Positions 21,123 through 29,659 of a stretch of DNA of 64,000 nucleotides are shown one piece after another. Source of the DNA: Elusimicrobiota bacterium (GTDB lineage Bacteria > CG03 > SLGR01 > JAGXOG01). The stretch lies in assembly GCA_051745145.1 (NCBI GenBank), contig JBNJDT010000004.1, positions 1 to 64,000 on the forward strand. Reading direction: 5' to 3'. The notes under the pieces are model-generated. The model was given only the letters and a program-made list of their open reading frames with translations, did not search any database and had not been told where the DNA came from. How positions within the stretch are numbered: position 1 is the first letter of the stretch; the number at the start of each line of letters is the position of its first letter. Both the position numbers and the translations under genes were made by a program.

Positions 21123-23440
21123 TGGATATAAAGGAATTTGCAATAACTTCTTACGGTCCTCTAAAAGTTCCCCGGCCTGTTAAAACCGGAAAGTTTAATC
21201 TAATATTTGGTTCTAACGAGAGCGGTAAGTCACTGCTTTTAGATGCCCTGGTAAAATTGATGCTTGATAAAAAGGTAAATGCTTCTCCGAAGGGAACAAA
21301 TGCCCGATTTTTCCAAAATATAGATAGGGTGGATGAATTTCCCGAGGGATACGTTAGATTAAAATTAAATGGGAAAGAGTTTAAATTACCAGAGGCAGGG
21401 AATTTAAAAGAGTTAACCGGTCTCCAGCCGGGAGATTGTTCAAATATATTTTTCGTAAGAAATAGCGAATTGTCCCTTTTTGAAAAAGGGGATAGGAAAT
21501 ATTTTGAAAATGTTACTGACCGGCTTACCGGGATAAGAATTAACGAGATTGCAAAAATCCTTGAAAAAATAAGAGAAAGAGCTCATGTAACCCCTGGATA
21601 CAATTTGCAAAATAGAAAAGAAAGTAATCACCTAAAAGATCGCTGGGAAAAAGCAAAAGAGTGTCTGGAGCAAATTGAAGAATTTGAAGAAAAAGCAAAG
21701 ACCGAGGAACTCTATAATATTGAAGAGAGATTGCAGAAAGTAAGAAAAGATATAAAAATGAAGCACAATAAAATGGATAAACTTTATGCTGCTCGTAAGA
21801 GAGAAGATTATAAAACTCTCCACAAAAACCTTAAAAAATACAGGGAGAACATAAAAAAAGAAAAAGAGTATGAAAAAATTAGCCGTCAGGATTTTAGCAG
21901 GTGGAAAAAATATAAAGAGCGTATTGAAGAACTCCAAGAGGATAAACGAAAAATTTGGAAAAAAATAGAGAAATTAAAAGAAGAAGTCAAAAAATTAACG
22001 GATCCCTTAATAAAAGCAGAGCAAGAAAAAGAAAATTTAAAAAAAGATATAGAATATATTAATGAGAATATCCGTCCGGAAATAAAAAAGTTCGAAGAAA
22101 TTGGTCGCCGATTCCCCACCAGTAAGACGGTTAAAAGGTTTTTGACCCTGATATCTGTATTTTTTGGGATGACGGTATTGTTTTTTATTGCTTTTCACTG
22201 GCCGGTCTCTTATATTATAGTTCCTCTTATAATAATACTGACGGGGATTTTAAAACCAGTTATAAAAGAACACAAGTTGTCACAATGTCTTTACGATGTT
22301 AATAATCTTTTATCTCCTATGGGCTTAAGTGGAGATACAATTGATGAAATAAAACAGAATATTAAAATATATAAAGATAAACTGGATAATGTCGTAAAAA
22401 AGCACAGGGAGTTAAATAGAGAAAAAAGTAATAGGGAACGGGATATAGAGAGATTTTCTACTGAAGATATCCCCGAAATAGATAAGAAAATTAAAGAAAA
22501 TAAGAAAAAAGTTAAAAAGATAAAGCAAAAATCTGCTACAGACCGGTTAGAAAACTATCAGAAAAAGTTGAAAAAAAAAGAAGAAATAAGCCGTGAGGCC
22601 AGTGAGGCCCGAACAGTTCTTAAATCCCGGCTTTCAGGTCCGCCACCGGAGGACAGGATTGATTGGTGGGAAGAAAAATTAGAAGAGCTTGAACCCTATA
22701 AGGATAGCTCTAAAGACTTTGAATACAGCGAAAGACGGGAATCCGAAATTAAGAATGAAATAGATAAATTAAATCAAAAGCTTGAAGATACGGAGTCACA
22801 ATATAAAGAAATCATTACCGTATTGGATGAGATAGAAGGAGAAATTAGTGATATACTCAGTCCAGAAAATGTAGAAATTCCTCCCTGCCGGAATTTGACA
22901 GACCTGCCGGATGTCGAAAAAGTTCTGGAAGATTTTAGAACTGAATATGAAGACAAACGGGAACAGGCAAAGATAGCAGAAGAAATTTTTAAACAGATAG
23001 AGAAAGGAGAACGCAGTAAGATAGAAGACCTTTTTGGAGTGGATAGTAGTATCACGGCTAATTTTAAAAATATTACTTCAACGGGATACAAATCCGTAAA
23101 TTACAGTAAAGAAGATAATACAATAAGATTATTAACAGCAGCTGAAAAAGAACTTGTTCCAGAACAGCTTTCCGGGGGCACTTTTGATCAACTCTATTTT
23201 TCTATACGCATCTCTTTAGGAGAAAAACTTTTAGGAGAGAACCCTGGCTTTTTTATTATGGATGATCCTTTTATAAAATCCGATAAACAGCGGCTTGAAA
23301 AACAGATAGAGATGTTAAAAAATATCACCAAGAGAGGATGGCAGATATTTTATTTTAGCGCTAAAAATGAGGTAAGAGAAGCAGTGGGTAAAATTTTCGG
23401 CCGCAAAAATTATATTGAAATAGCACCACCAGGTATTTAA
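21122..23440 (+). CDS. SbcC/Rad50-like coiled-coil ATPase with central TM hairpin (YhaN-like)
   Basis: Walker A GSNESGKS, signature LSGGT, Walker B FIMDDPF, long coiled coils; overlaps the upstream nuclease stop (TAATG). Confidence 0.85.
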   Translation: MDIKEFAITSYGPLKVPRPVKTGKFNLIFGSNESGKSLLLDALVKLMLDKKVNASPKGTNARFFQNIDRVDEFPEGYVRLKLNGKEFKLPEAGNLKELTGLQPGDCSNIFFVRNSELSLFEKGDRKYFENVTDRLTGIRINEIAKILEKIRERAHVTPGYNLQNRKESNHLKDRWEKAKECLEQIEEFEEKAKTEELYNIEERLQKVRKDIKMKHNKMDKLYAARKREDYKTLHKNLKKYRENIKKEKEYEKISRQDFSRWKKYKERIEELQEDKRKIWKKIEKLKEEVKKLTDPLIKAEQEKENLKKDIEYINENIRPEIKKFEEIGRRFPTSKTVKRFLTLISVFFGMTVLFFIAFHWPVSYIIVPLIIILTGILKPVIKEHKLSQCLYDVNNLLSPMGLSGDTIDEIKQNIKIYKDKLDNVVKKHRELNREKSNRERDIERFSTEDIPEIDKKIKENKKKVKKIKQKSATDRLENYQKKLKKKEEISREASEARTVLKSRLSGPPPEDRIDWWEEKLEELEPYKDSSKDFEYSERRESEIKNEIDKLNQKLEDTESQYKEIITVLDEIEGEISDILSPENVEIPPCRNLTDLPDVEKVLEDFRTEYEDKREQAKIAEEIFKQIEKGERSKIEDLFGVDSSITANFKNITSTGYKSVNYSKEDNTIRLLTAAEKELVPEQLSGGTFDQLYFSIRISLGEKLLGENPGFFIMDDPFIKSDKQRLEKQIEMLKNITKRGWQIFYFSAKNEVREAVGKIFGRKNYIEIAPPGI

Positions 23441-23527
23441 AGAATTCATATTTTTAAAACGGTATTTTCTTATAAAAGGGTAAATTTTGTAGTAATGGTA
23501 TTAATTTTTAAAGGAGGTTAAAAAGTT

Positions 23528-24001
23528 ATGTCTAATATTCTAATTATTTATTTTTCAAAATCCGGAAATACAGAAAAGATGGCTCAATATGTTGAAAAAG
23601 GCGTAAGGGAAATTACTTCGGAAGTAACTATCCAAAAAGCACAAGATGTATTGAGTGAAAATTTAATAGAATATGATGGAATAATTATTGGGTCACCTAC
23701 ATATTATGGTCTTCCTGCTTCAGAGATTAAAAAATTATTGGATAAAAGTGTGAAATTCCATGGAAAATTGGATGGTAAAATAGGAGGAGCATTCGCGTCC
23801 TCTGCCAATACCGGTGGTGGAAACGAAACAACCCTGCTGTCCATACTTGAAGCGTTGCTTATTCACGGGATGATAATTAAGGGGACTTCAAAAGGTGATC
23901 ACTACGGTCCTGTTTCTATAGGAGCACCGGATGATAGAGTGAAAAGACAGTGTAAATCTTTGGGGAAAAGAGTAGCATTATTAGCTAATAAAATAAAGTA
24001 A
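23528..24001 (+). CDS. flavodoxin / WrbA-like FMN protein
   Basis: YFSKSGNTEKMA, GSPTYYG, GGGNETT; SD AAGGAGGT. Confidence 0.9.
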   Translation: MSNILIIYFSKSGNTEKMAQYVEKGVREITSEVTIQKAQDVLSENLIEYDGIIIGSPTYYGLPASEIKKLLDKSVKFHGKLDGKIGGAFASSANTGGGNETTLLSILEALLIHGMIIKGTSKGDHYGPVSIGAPDDRVKRQCKSLGKRVALLANKIK

Positions 24002-24137
24002 ATACTACTTGTAAAGAACAAGTTGTTTTTTAGCGGTATTTAATTATTATAATATACTGTAGATGTACAAAAAAATAACTATTGTAGAAATAATTTAACT
24101 GTTATACTAGGGATAATAAAAATTTAGGAGGCAATCT

Positions 24138-24347
24138 ATGAGGGAATGTAATATAGAAAAAAATAAGTCGATATGTAATTGTTCATATGAACCGTGTTCA
24201 AGAAAGGGGGTGTGTTGTGAATGTATAGTGTATCATAAAAAAATGGGTGAATTACCGGCTTGTTTCTTTCCCGATGATGTTGAGAAAACCTATGACCGTT
24301 CGGTGGGAAATTTTATATCTACATATCAAAAACGGGGAGAGTTTTAA
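24138..24347 (+). CDS. small Cys-rich protein (DUF6485-like)
   Basis: C..N...[21 protein letters not shown]...LPACFF...TYDRS pattern; SD AGGAGG. Confidence 0.75.
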   Translation: MRECNIEKNKSICNCSYEPCSRKGVCCECIVYHKKMGELPACFFPDDVEKTYDRSVGNFISTYQKRGEF

Positions 24348-24352
24348 AAAAA

Positions 24353-24856
24353 ATGGTACTTGACTATAAATACTGTCCCATATGTACATCCCCACTTGAA
24401 GAAGATTATATTGATGGGCAAAAAAGATTTCACTGTATCGCCTGTGGTTGGATTGATTATCGTAATCCCGTTCCGGCAGTTGCATGCATAGTAAAGCAGA
24501 AAAATAAATTTTTACTGGTAAAAAGAGGCGTTAATCCTCAGAAAGGTAAGTGGTCGTTACCAGCCGGTTTTATGGAACTTTATGAAAAACCCGAAGAAGC
24601 GGTACTCAGAGAATTAAAAGAAGAAACCGGTCTGGAGGGGAAAGTAGAAAAGCTTATAGGCGTATATTCACAGCCCAGTAAAAATTACGGCACTGTTCTT
24701 ACCATAGGATATTTAGTAAAAGAGATTACCGGTGTTCTTTTAGGCGGGGATGATGTGAAGGCGGCTAAATTTTCTAAAATAGAAGATGTCAAAGACATAC
24801 CCTTTACCAGTCATAGGAAAATGCTTATTGATATAGGGTTTAGAGAGAAACGATAA
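24353..24856 (+). CDS. NUDIX hydrolase with N-terminal Zn ribbon
   Basis: YCPIC...CIACG..YRNP; Nudix box GFMELYEKPEEAVLRELKEETGL. Confidence 0.92.
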   Translation: MVLDYKYCPICTSPLEEDYIDGQKRFHCIACGWIDYRNPVPAVACIVKQKNKFLLVKRGVNPQKGKWSLPAGFMELYEKPEEAVLRELKEETGLEGKVEKLIGVYSQPSKNYGTVLTIGYLVKEITGVLLGGDDVKAAKFSKIEDVKDIPFTSHRKMLIDIGFREKR

Positions 24857-24857
24857 A

Positions 24858-25820
24858 TTGGATTATAAATATATTTTTGGTCCGGTTCCTTCTAGACGTT
24901 TAGGCATTTCGCTGGGAATAGATATTGTTCCCTATAAAACTTGCAGTTATGATTGTATTTACTGTGAGTGTGGTAAAACCACTAACAGAACTATAAATCG
25001 TAAATCCTACGTAAATCCAGAAAAAATAGAAAAAGAGTTAAAAAATTTTTTAAAAAATAAAATTAGCACTAAACAACTTGATTATATTACTTTATCCGGG
25101 GGTGGTGAACCCACTTTAAATTCTAAGATAGGAGAAATCATAGATGTTATAAAAATAATTGCGCCGGATGTTAATATAGCGCTGTTAACCAATGGCTCAC
25201 TTTTTTATATGAAAAAGGTAAGAGAAGATGTAAAAAAATGTGATTTAATAGTACCTTCCTTAGATAGTGCATTGCAGAAAACATTTATTAAATTAAATCG
25301 TCCGTGTTGCAAGTTAAAAATAGACAAAATAATAAAAGGTTTAAAGAAGCTAAAAACGACTAATACGAAACTTTGGATAGAAGTATTTGTAGTGCCGGGT
25401 ATTAATGATACTGAACATGAAATTCGTATTTTGAAAAAAGTTCTTACAGAAATAGCTCCCCAGAAGATACAATTAAATACTATGGATCGTCCGGGTACGG
25501 AACCGGATATAAAAAAAGCTGGATTAGATAAATTAAAAGAAATAAGAGAATACATGAAGCCATTAAATACAGAAATTATTGGCAAAGTTACTTCTAAAGC
25601 TACTACGGAAGAATTAAGCGGTGATATAGAATCGACAATTCTTTCTATATTAAAAAGGAGACCCTGTACAATAGAAGATATATCTATAATATCGGGAAAA
25701 AAGAAAAAAATCATAGAAAAATATTTGCGAAAATTGGAAAATTCTGATAGAATTATTAGCCAAAATTGTAGAGATAGTAAGGAGATAAAGAGAGGAGTGT
25801 TTTATAAGAGCAATGAATAA
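24858..25820 (+). CDS. radical SAM protein (GPVPSRRLG family) with C-terminal wHTH-like segment
   Basis: CSYDCIYC CxxxCxxC, GGGEPTL, TNGSL, QLNTMDRP; TTG start. Confidence 0.9.
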   Translation: MDYKYIFGPVPSRRLGISLGIDIVPYKTCSYDCIYCECGKTTNRTINRKSYVNPEKIEKELKNFLKNKISTKQLDYITLSGGGEPTLNSKIGEIIDVIKIIAPDVNIALLTNGSLFYMKKVREDVKKCDLIVPSLDSALQKTFIKLNRPCCKLKIDKIIKGLKKLKTTNTKLWIEVFVVPGINDTEHEIRILKKVLTEIAPQKIQLNTMDRPGTEPDIKKAGLDKLKEIREYMKPLNTEIIGKVTSKATTEELSGDIESTILSILKRRPCTIEDISIISGKKKKIIEKYLRKLENSDRIISQNCRDSKEIKRGVFYKSNE

Positions 25821-26742
25821 AAAGAAAAAAAGAGTTAAAGGTAGAGTAGCAGATATTACAGATTTAGAAAAAGAGGCACTTGCACTTGTTGAAACCAGGG
25901 GGAAAACCGGTACTATTGGCTCGTTAGATTTAATGCCCAAAACATCGGAAGTAAATTTTGTGAGAAGAGTTAATATAGGTACCGGAATGGTTACTGTGGT
26001 ATATATGGGAGAAGTAGCGGCCGCCCGTTCAGCTCACGATGCAGCTAGTAATCTGGCTCGTAAAATAAGTGAGTTTATAACCAGTAATGTAATACCCCGG
26101 CCCCATGAAAGGACATACTCCTTACTCCAGCAGGCTTCAGGTGAACAGCTGAATATGGAGGCTGGGAAAGGTAAAAAAATGGCTGTTGGTATGGTGGAAA
26201 CAGAGGGTTTTGTGGGAATGTTAGAGGCGGCCGATAAGGGAATAAAGGCAGCTGATGTACAGATTCCAGGTTGGGTTACTGTAGGGGGAAGTTTAACCTC
26301 TGTATTTTATCGGGGAGAAGTTGCCGCTGTTCATTCAGCAGTAGAAGCTGGAGTAATAGCCGCCTCAGATCTTACCAATGTTGTGGCTACCCATGTTATC
26401 CCTCAGCCTGATAAAGGTACTGAGCAGTCGGCCCCAATCGGTAAATTTAGTGGTAAATCAGTTTTTGATGAAGTGGACGATGAAGCCGCATTGGGAATAT
26501 TGGAGACCAGGGGGATTACAGGTTTAATTGAAGGAATAGATGCCGGACTTAAGGCAGCCAGTGTAATTGTGCAAGGCTGGGAAAAAATTGGTCGGGGAAT
26601 CACTTCTACTCTTTTCAGGGGTACGGTGGCCGATGTACGTTCGGCTATGGATGCTGCTAAAAGAGGAGCAACTGATGCCGGTGAGGTGGTAGGAACCTAT
26701 GTAATAGCTCGCCCACATGCGGAATTGGAAAAGGGGAGATAA
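25813..26742 (+). CDS. bacterial microcompartment shell protein with three tandem BMC domains
   Basis: Three PduA/EutM-like repeats: ALALVETRG..PRPH (aa ~21-105), AVGMVETEG..PQPD (aa ~123-205), ALGILETRG..ARPH (aa ~225-305). Confidence 0.9.
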   Translation: MNKKKKRVKGRVADITDLEKEALALVETRGKTGTIGSLDLMPKTSEVNFVRRVNIGTGMVTVVYMGEVAAARSAHDAASNLARKISEFITSNVIPRPHERTYSLLQQASGEQLNMEAGKGKKMAVGMVETEGFVGMLEAADKGIKAADVQIPGWVTVGGSLTSVFYRGEVAAVHSAVEAGVIAASDLTNVVATHVIPQPDKGTEQSAPIGKFSGKSVFDEVDDEAALGILETRGITGLIEGIDAGLKAASVIVQGWEKIGRGITSTLFRGTVADVRSAMDAAKRGATDAGEVVGTYVIARPHAELEKGR

Positions 26743-26762
26743 AAAGAAAGGAAAAATCTAGT

Positions 26763-27419
26763 ATTTCCATAAAGAGAAACGTTAAAAAAATATTATCTGA
26801 AATTCCAGAGCATGTGAAGTTGGAAGCAGCCTGTAAAACCCGTACAGCCGCGGAAATTCAAAAAGCCGTGGACGGGGGAATCCGAATACTGGGGGAAAAT
26901 TATTACCAGGAAGCTGCCGATGTAGTTGATAAAGTAACCGGGAAGCCTCAGTGGCATTTTATAGGACATCTCCAGAGAAATAAAGTTAAAAAAGCCATAA
27001 AAATCTTTGATATGATTGAGTCGCTGGATTCTTATCGTTTGGCTAAAGAAATTAATAAAAGATGTAAAAAAATAGATAAAGTTATGGACTGTTTGGTGGA
27101 AGTTAACAGCGGTAGAGAAAAAAACAAATACGGTATTTTTCCCGAAGAGATTGAAGATTTTATAGATGAGGTAAAGGACTTTAAATATATAAAGATAAAA
27201 GGCCTTATGACAATGGGAGCTTTTGAAGGGACTTCAGAAGATTTTAGGCCCTATTTTAAAATTACTCGAAAAATTTTTAATAGTTTAAAACTACAGGATA
27301 TACCCGAATGTGATATGGAATATCTTTCTATGGGAATGTCAACATCGTATAAAATTGCTATAGAAGAAGGAGCGAATATAGTTAGAATAGGCACAAAAAT
27401 ATTTGGGCCACGGTCATAA
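26763..27419 (+). CDS. yggS: pyridoxal-phosphate homeostasis protein YggS/PLPBP
   Basis: AACKT (PLP Lys), LGENYYQE, WHFIGHLQRNK, GLMTMG, LSMGMS, GANIVRIGTKIFG. The first canonical start is GTG 26814, but homology-like sequence extends to about 26763. Confidence 0.93.
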   Translation: MSIKRNVKKILSEIPEHVKLEAACKTRTAAEIQKAVDGGIRILGENYYQEAADVVDKVTGKPQWHFIGHLQRNKVKKAIKIFDMIESLDSYRLAKEINKRCKKIDKVMDCLVEVNSGREKNKYGIFPEEIEDFIDEVKDFKYIKIKGLMTMGAFEGTSEDFRPYFKITRKIFNSLKLQDIPECDMEYLSMGMSTSYKIAIEEGANIVRIGTKIFGPRS

Positions 27420-27459
27420 ATATAACAGGTAAATTATTTGACCTACTAAATATACTTCC

Positions 27460-27488
27460 TTGACAAAACTATAACATTTAATTAATAT
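27460..27488 (+). promoter_or_regulatory. sigma70 promoter of the tRNA-tuf operon
   Basis: TTGACA (27460-27465), 17-nt spacer, TAATAT (27483-27488), 20 nt upstream of tRNA-Thr. Confidence 0.75.
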
Positions 27489-27508
27489 CAATAATTGAAC
27501 TTATTGTA

Positions 27509-27584
27509 GCCGATGTAGCTCAATTGGTAGAGCAGCTCACTTGTAATGAGCAGGTTACTGGTTCAAGTCCGGTCATCGGCTCCA
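27509..27584 (+). tRNA. tRNA-Thr(TGT)
   Basis: Cloverleaf GCCGATG/CATCGGC, anticodon arm GCTCA-CT-TGT-AA-TGAGC, TTCAAGT loop, encoded CCA. Confidence 0.97.
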
Positions 27585-27602
27585 TTTGGAGTAGCTATAT
27601 AA

Positions 27603-27693
27603 GGACAGGTGGCCGAGTTTGGTTAAAGGCAACAGACTGTAAATCTGTCGGTCGATTTGACCTTCGGGGGTTCAAATCCTCCCCTGTCCACCA
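27603..27693 (+). tRNA. tRNA-Tyr(GTA)
   Basis: GGACAGG/CCTGTCC acceptor, ACAGA-CT-GTA-AA-TCTGT, long variable arm GGTC/GACC, CCA. Confidence 0.97.
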
Positions 27694-27704
27694 CTTTTAT
27701 GTCG

Positions 27705-27778
27705 GCGGGTGTAGCTTAGTGGTAAAGCCCTGGCCTTCCAAGCCAGCTACGTGGGTTCGATCCCCATCACCCGCTCCA
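27705..27778 (+). tRNA. tRNA-Gly(TCC)
   Basis: GCGGGTG/CACCCGC, CTGGC-CT-TCC-AA-GCCAG, CCA. Confidence 0.97.
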
Positions 27779-27847
27779 GTTAGTTGATAAGTAGTTAGAT
27801 ATATTTTAAAGTATATGAATAAGGTTGAGCAAACTTTAAAATATTTA

Positions 27848-27923
27848 GCTGGGATAGCTCAGCCGGTAGAGCACATGCATGGTAAGCATGAGGTCACGGG
27901 TTCAAATCCCGTTCCCAGCTCCA
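27848..27923 (+). tRNA. tRNA-Thr(GGT)
   Basis: GCTGGGA/TCCCAGC, CATGC-AT-GGT-AA-GCATG, CCA. Confidence 0.97.
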
Positions 27924-27978
27924 AAAGTGAAAAACGGTAAAATAAGATAGATTATAAAAATAAGGTTTATAAATAATT

Positions 27979-29187
27979 AAGGAGGAAAAATAAGATGGCA
28001 AAGGCAAAATTTGAGAGAACAAAGCCGCATGTAAACGTGGGTACAATAGGGCACGTGGATCACGGAAAGACGACATTGACGGCGGCCATGTTAAAATACT
28101 TACAGGGAAAAGGATTTGCGGAAGTATTAAATGTAAATGATATAGATAATGCCCCGGAAGAGCAGGAGAGGGGAGTAACGATAGCCACTGCTCATGTAGA
28201 GTATGAGACAGAGGGGAGGCATTACGCCCATGTGGACTGTCCGGGACATGCCGATTATGTAAAGAACATGATTACCGGAGCAGCGCAGATGGACGGAGCT
28301 ATTTTAGTGGTATCGGCAGCGGACGGGCCAATGCCCCAGACCCGTGAGCACATACTGCTGGCCAGGCAGGTAGGAGTACCTGCAATGGTAGTATTTATGA
28401 ATAAGACGGATCAGGTAGATGATGAAGAGTTAATAGAACTGGTAGATTTAGAGATAAGAGAACTTTTAAATAAGTATGAATTTCCCGGTGACGATATGAC
28501 AATAGTGAAGGGGTCAGCTTTAAAAGCCTTAGAAGATGATGATTTAGAGAGTGAAGATAATAAGGCAATAGGGAAGCTGATAGAAGCGTTGGATGAAGAT
28601 ATACCGGAACCATCCAGAGAAATAGACAAGCCGTTTTTAATGAGTGTGGAAGATGTATTTACGATAACCGGTAGGGGGACGGTAGCCACCGGCAGAATAG
28701 AGAGAGGTAAGATAGAGCTTGGAGACGACGTACAGATAGTGGGGCTGGGAAAGAACCAGGAATCGGTAGCTACGGGGATAGAGATGTTCCGTAAAGAGAT
28801 GGAATCAGCCCAGGCCGGAGACAACGTAGGAATGCTATTAAGAGGAGTGGACAAGGAAGATATACAGAGGGGCCAGGTAATAGCGGAGCCGGGTTCGATA
28901 ACCCCGCATACAAAATTTAAAGGTCAGTTATATGTATTGAGTAAAGAAGAGGGAGGAAGACATACTCCATTCTTTTCAGGATACCGGCCGCAGTTTTATT
29001 TCAGAACTACAGATGTTACGGGAGTGGTGAAATTACCGGAAGGAAGAGAGATGGTAATGCCCGGAGATAATGTAGAGCTGGAAGGAGACTTAATAGAGCC
29101 GATAGCTATGGAACAGGGATTGAGGTTTGCAATAAGAGAAGGCGGCCATACTGTAGGAGCCGGTGTAGTTTCGGAGATTATTGAGTA
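27979..29187 (+). repeat. direct repeat copy 1 (tuf plus ribosome-binding site)
   Basis: Matches 44207-45415 from AAGGAGGAAAAATAAGATG to the TA of the stop codon. The protein and two antisense ORF translations are identical in the ORF track. Confidence 0.9.
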
Positions 29188-29188
29188 A
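27995..29188 (+). CDS. tuf: elongation factor Tu (copy 1)
   Basis: [30 protein letters not shown]; follows Thr-Tyr-Gly-Thr tRNAs as in tufB operons. Confidence 0.99.
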   Translation: MAKAKFERTKPHVNVGTIGHVDHGKTTLTAAMLKYLQGKGFAEVLNVNDIDNAPEEQERGVTIATAHVEYETEGRHYAHVDCPGHADYVKNMITGAAQMDGAILVVSAADGPMPQTREHILLARQVGVPAMVVFMNKTDQVDDEELIELVDLEIRELLNKYEFPGDDMTIVKGSALKALEDDDLESEDNKAIGKLIEALDEDIPEPSREIDKPFLMSVEDVFTITGRGTVATGRIERGKIELGDDVQIVGLGKNQESVATGIEMFRKEMESAQAGDNVGMLLRGVDKEDIQRGQVIAEPGSITPHTKFKGQLYVLSKEEGGRHTPFFSGYRPQFYFRTTDVTGVVKLPEGREMVMPGDNVELEGDLIEPIAMEQGLRFAIREGGHTVGAGVVSEIIE

Positions 29189-29190
29189 TA

Positions 29191-29355
29191 ATGGCTAAGC
29201 ATGATAGAATTGTGCAGCATATGGAATGCGGTGAATGTAAAAGGCGTAATTATACATACCGCAGAAATAAGAAGCATAAGCAGGATAAACCTAAGTTAAA
29301 GAAATACTGCAGGTTTTGCCGTAAACATACTGTACATAAAACGGTTAAAGGTTGA
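29191..29355 (+). CDS. rpmG: 50S ribosomal protein L33 (Zn-binding form); absent from the ORF track
   Basis: Hand translation: MAKHDRIVQHMECGECKRRNYTYRRNKKHKQDKPKLKKYCRFCRKHTVHKTVKG*. Confidence 0.95.
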   Translation: MAKHDRIVQHMECGECKRRNYTYRRNKKHKQDKPKLKKYCRFCRKHTVHKTVKG

Positions 29356-29359
29356 TAAC

Positions 29360-29437
29360 AGGCCTGTGGCGCAATCAGGCTAGCGCACCGGATTCCAAAT
29401 CCGACGGTTGCAGGTTCGATTCCTGCCAGGCCTGCCA
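29360..29437 (+). tRNA. tRNA-Trp(CCA)
   Basis: AGGCCTG/CAGGCCT acceptor, G73, anticodon loop TT-CCA-AA, position between rpmG and secE. Confidence 0.96.
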
Positions 29438-29467
29438 CATATTTATTGATGAAAATTTTGAGAATTG

Positions 29468-29659
29468 ATGAAAATATTTGATAAGACAAGAAGATTTATA
29501 AGAGAAGTTTTAATAGAAGTCAGGAAGGTAACCTGGCCCGACAAAAAGGAGCTTATCAGTTCTACTTTAGTAGTAATAGTACTGGTATTTTTTGTTGCAC
29601 TGTATATAGGTTTAGTAGATTTTGTATTATCCCATTTACTGGGGGTTTTATTACAATGA
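29468..29659 (+). CDS. secE: preprotein translocase subunit SecE
   Basis: EVRKVTWP motif plus a single TM helix; upstream of nusG. Confidence 0.95.
   Translation: MKIFDKTRRFIREVLIEVRKVTWPDKKELISSTLVVIVLVFFVALYIGLVDFVLSHLLGVLLQ

Noticed and set aside
20058..23440. Wadjet/Lamassu-type SMC defence system
   Set aside because: Only a nuclease and an ATPase are present, with no kleisin/KITE or effector genes; it fits an SbcD/SbcC (YhaO/YhaN)-like pair.
26720..26765. -1 frameshift fusing the triple-BMC protein to YggS
   Set aside because: The yggS frame is open across the BMC stop, but there is no canonical X XXY YYZ slippery site or downstream structure; a separate non-canonical start is simpler.
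27524..27787. 87-aa + strand ORF
   Set aside because: It overlaps three tRNA genes and is spurious.
27509..27923. Integrative element at the tRNA cluster
   Set aside because: No integrase and no duplicated tRNA 3' end seen; the arrangement is the standard Thr-Tyr-Gly-Thr-tuf operon.
29360..29437. UGA reassigned to Trp (genetic code 4)
   Set aside because: RF2 is present with its UGA-dependent frameshift, conserved Trp residues use TGG, and conserved genes end at TGA at their expected lengths.
29445..29481. 12-bp direct repeat ATTGATGAAAAT (29445 and 29464) creating a 10-codon mini-ORF over the secE start
   Set aside because: Short, AT-rich and only two copies; compatible with chance or a small local duplication, with no support for function.
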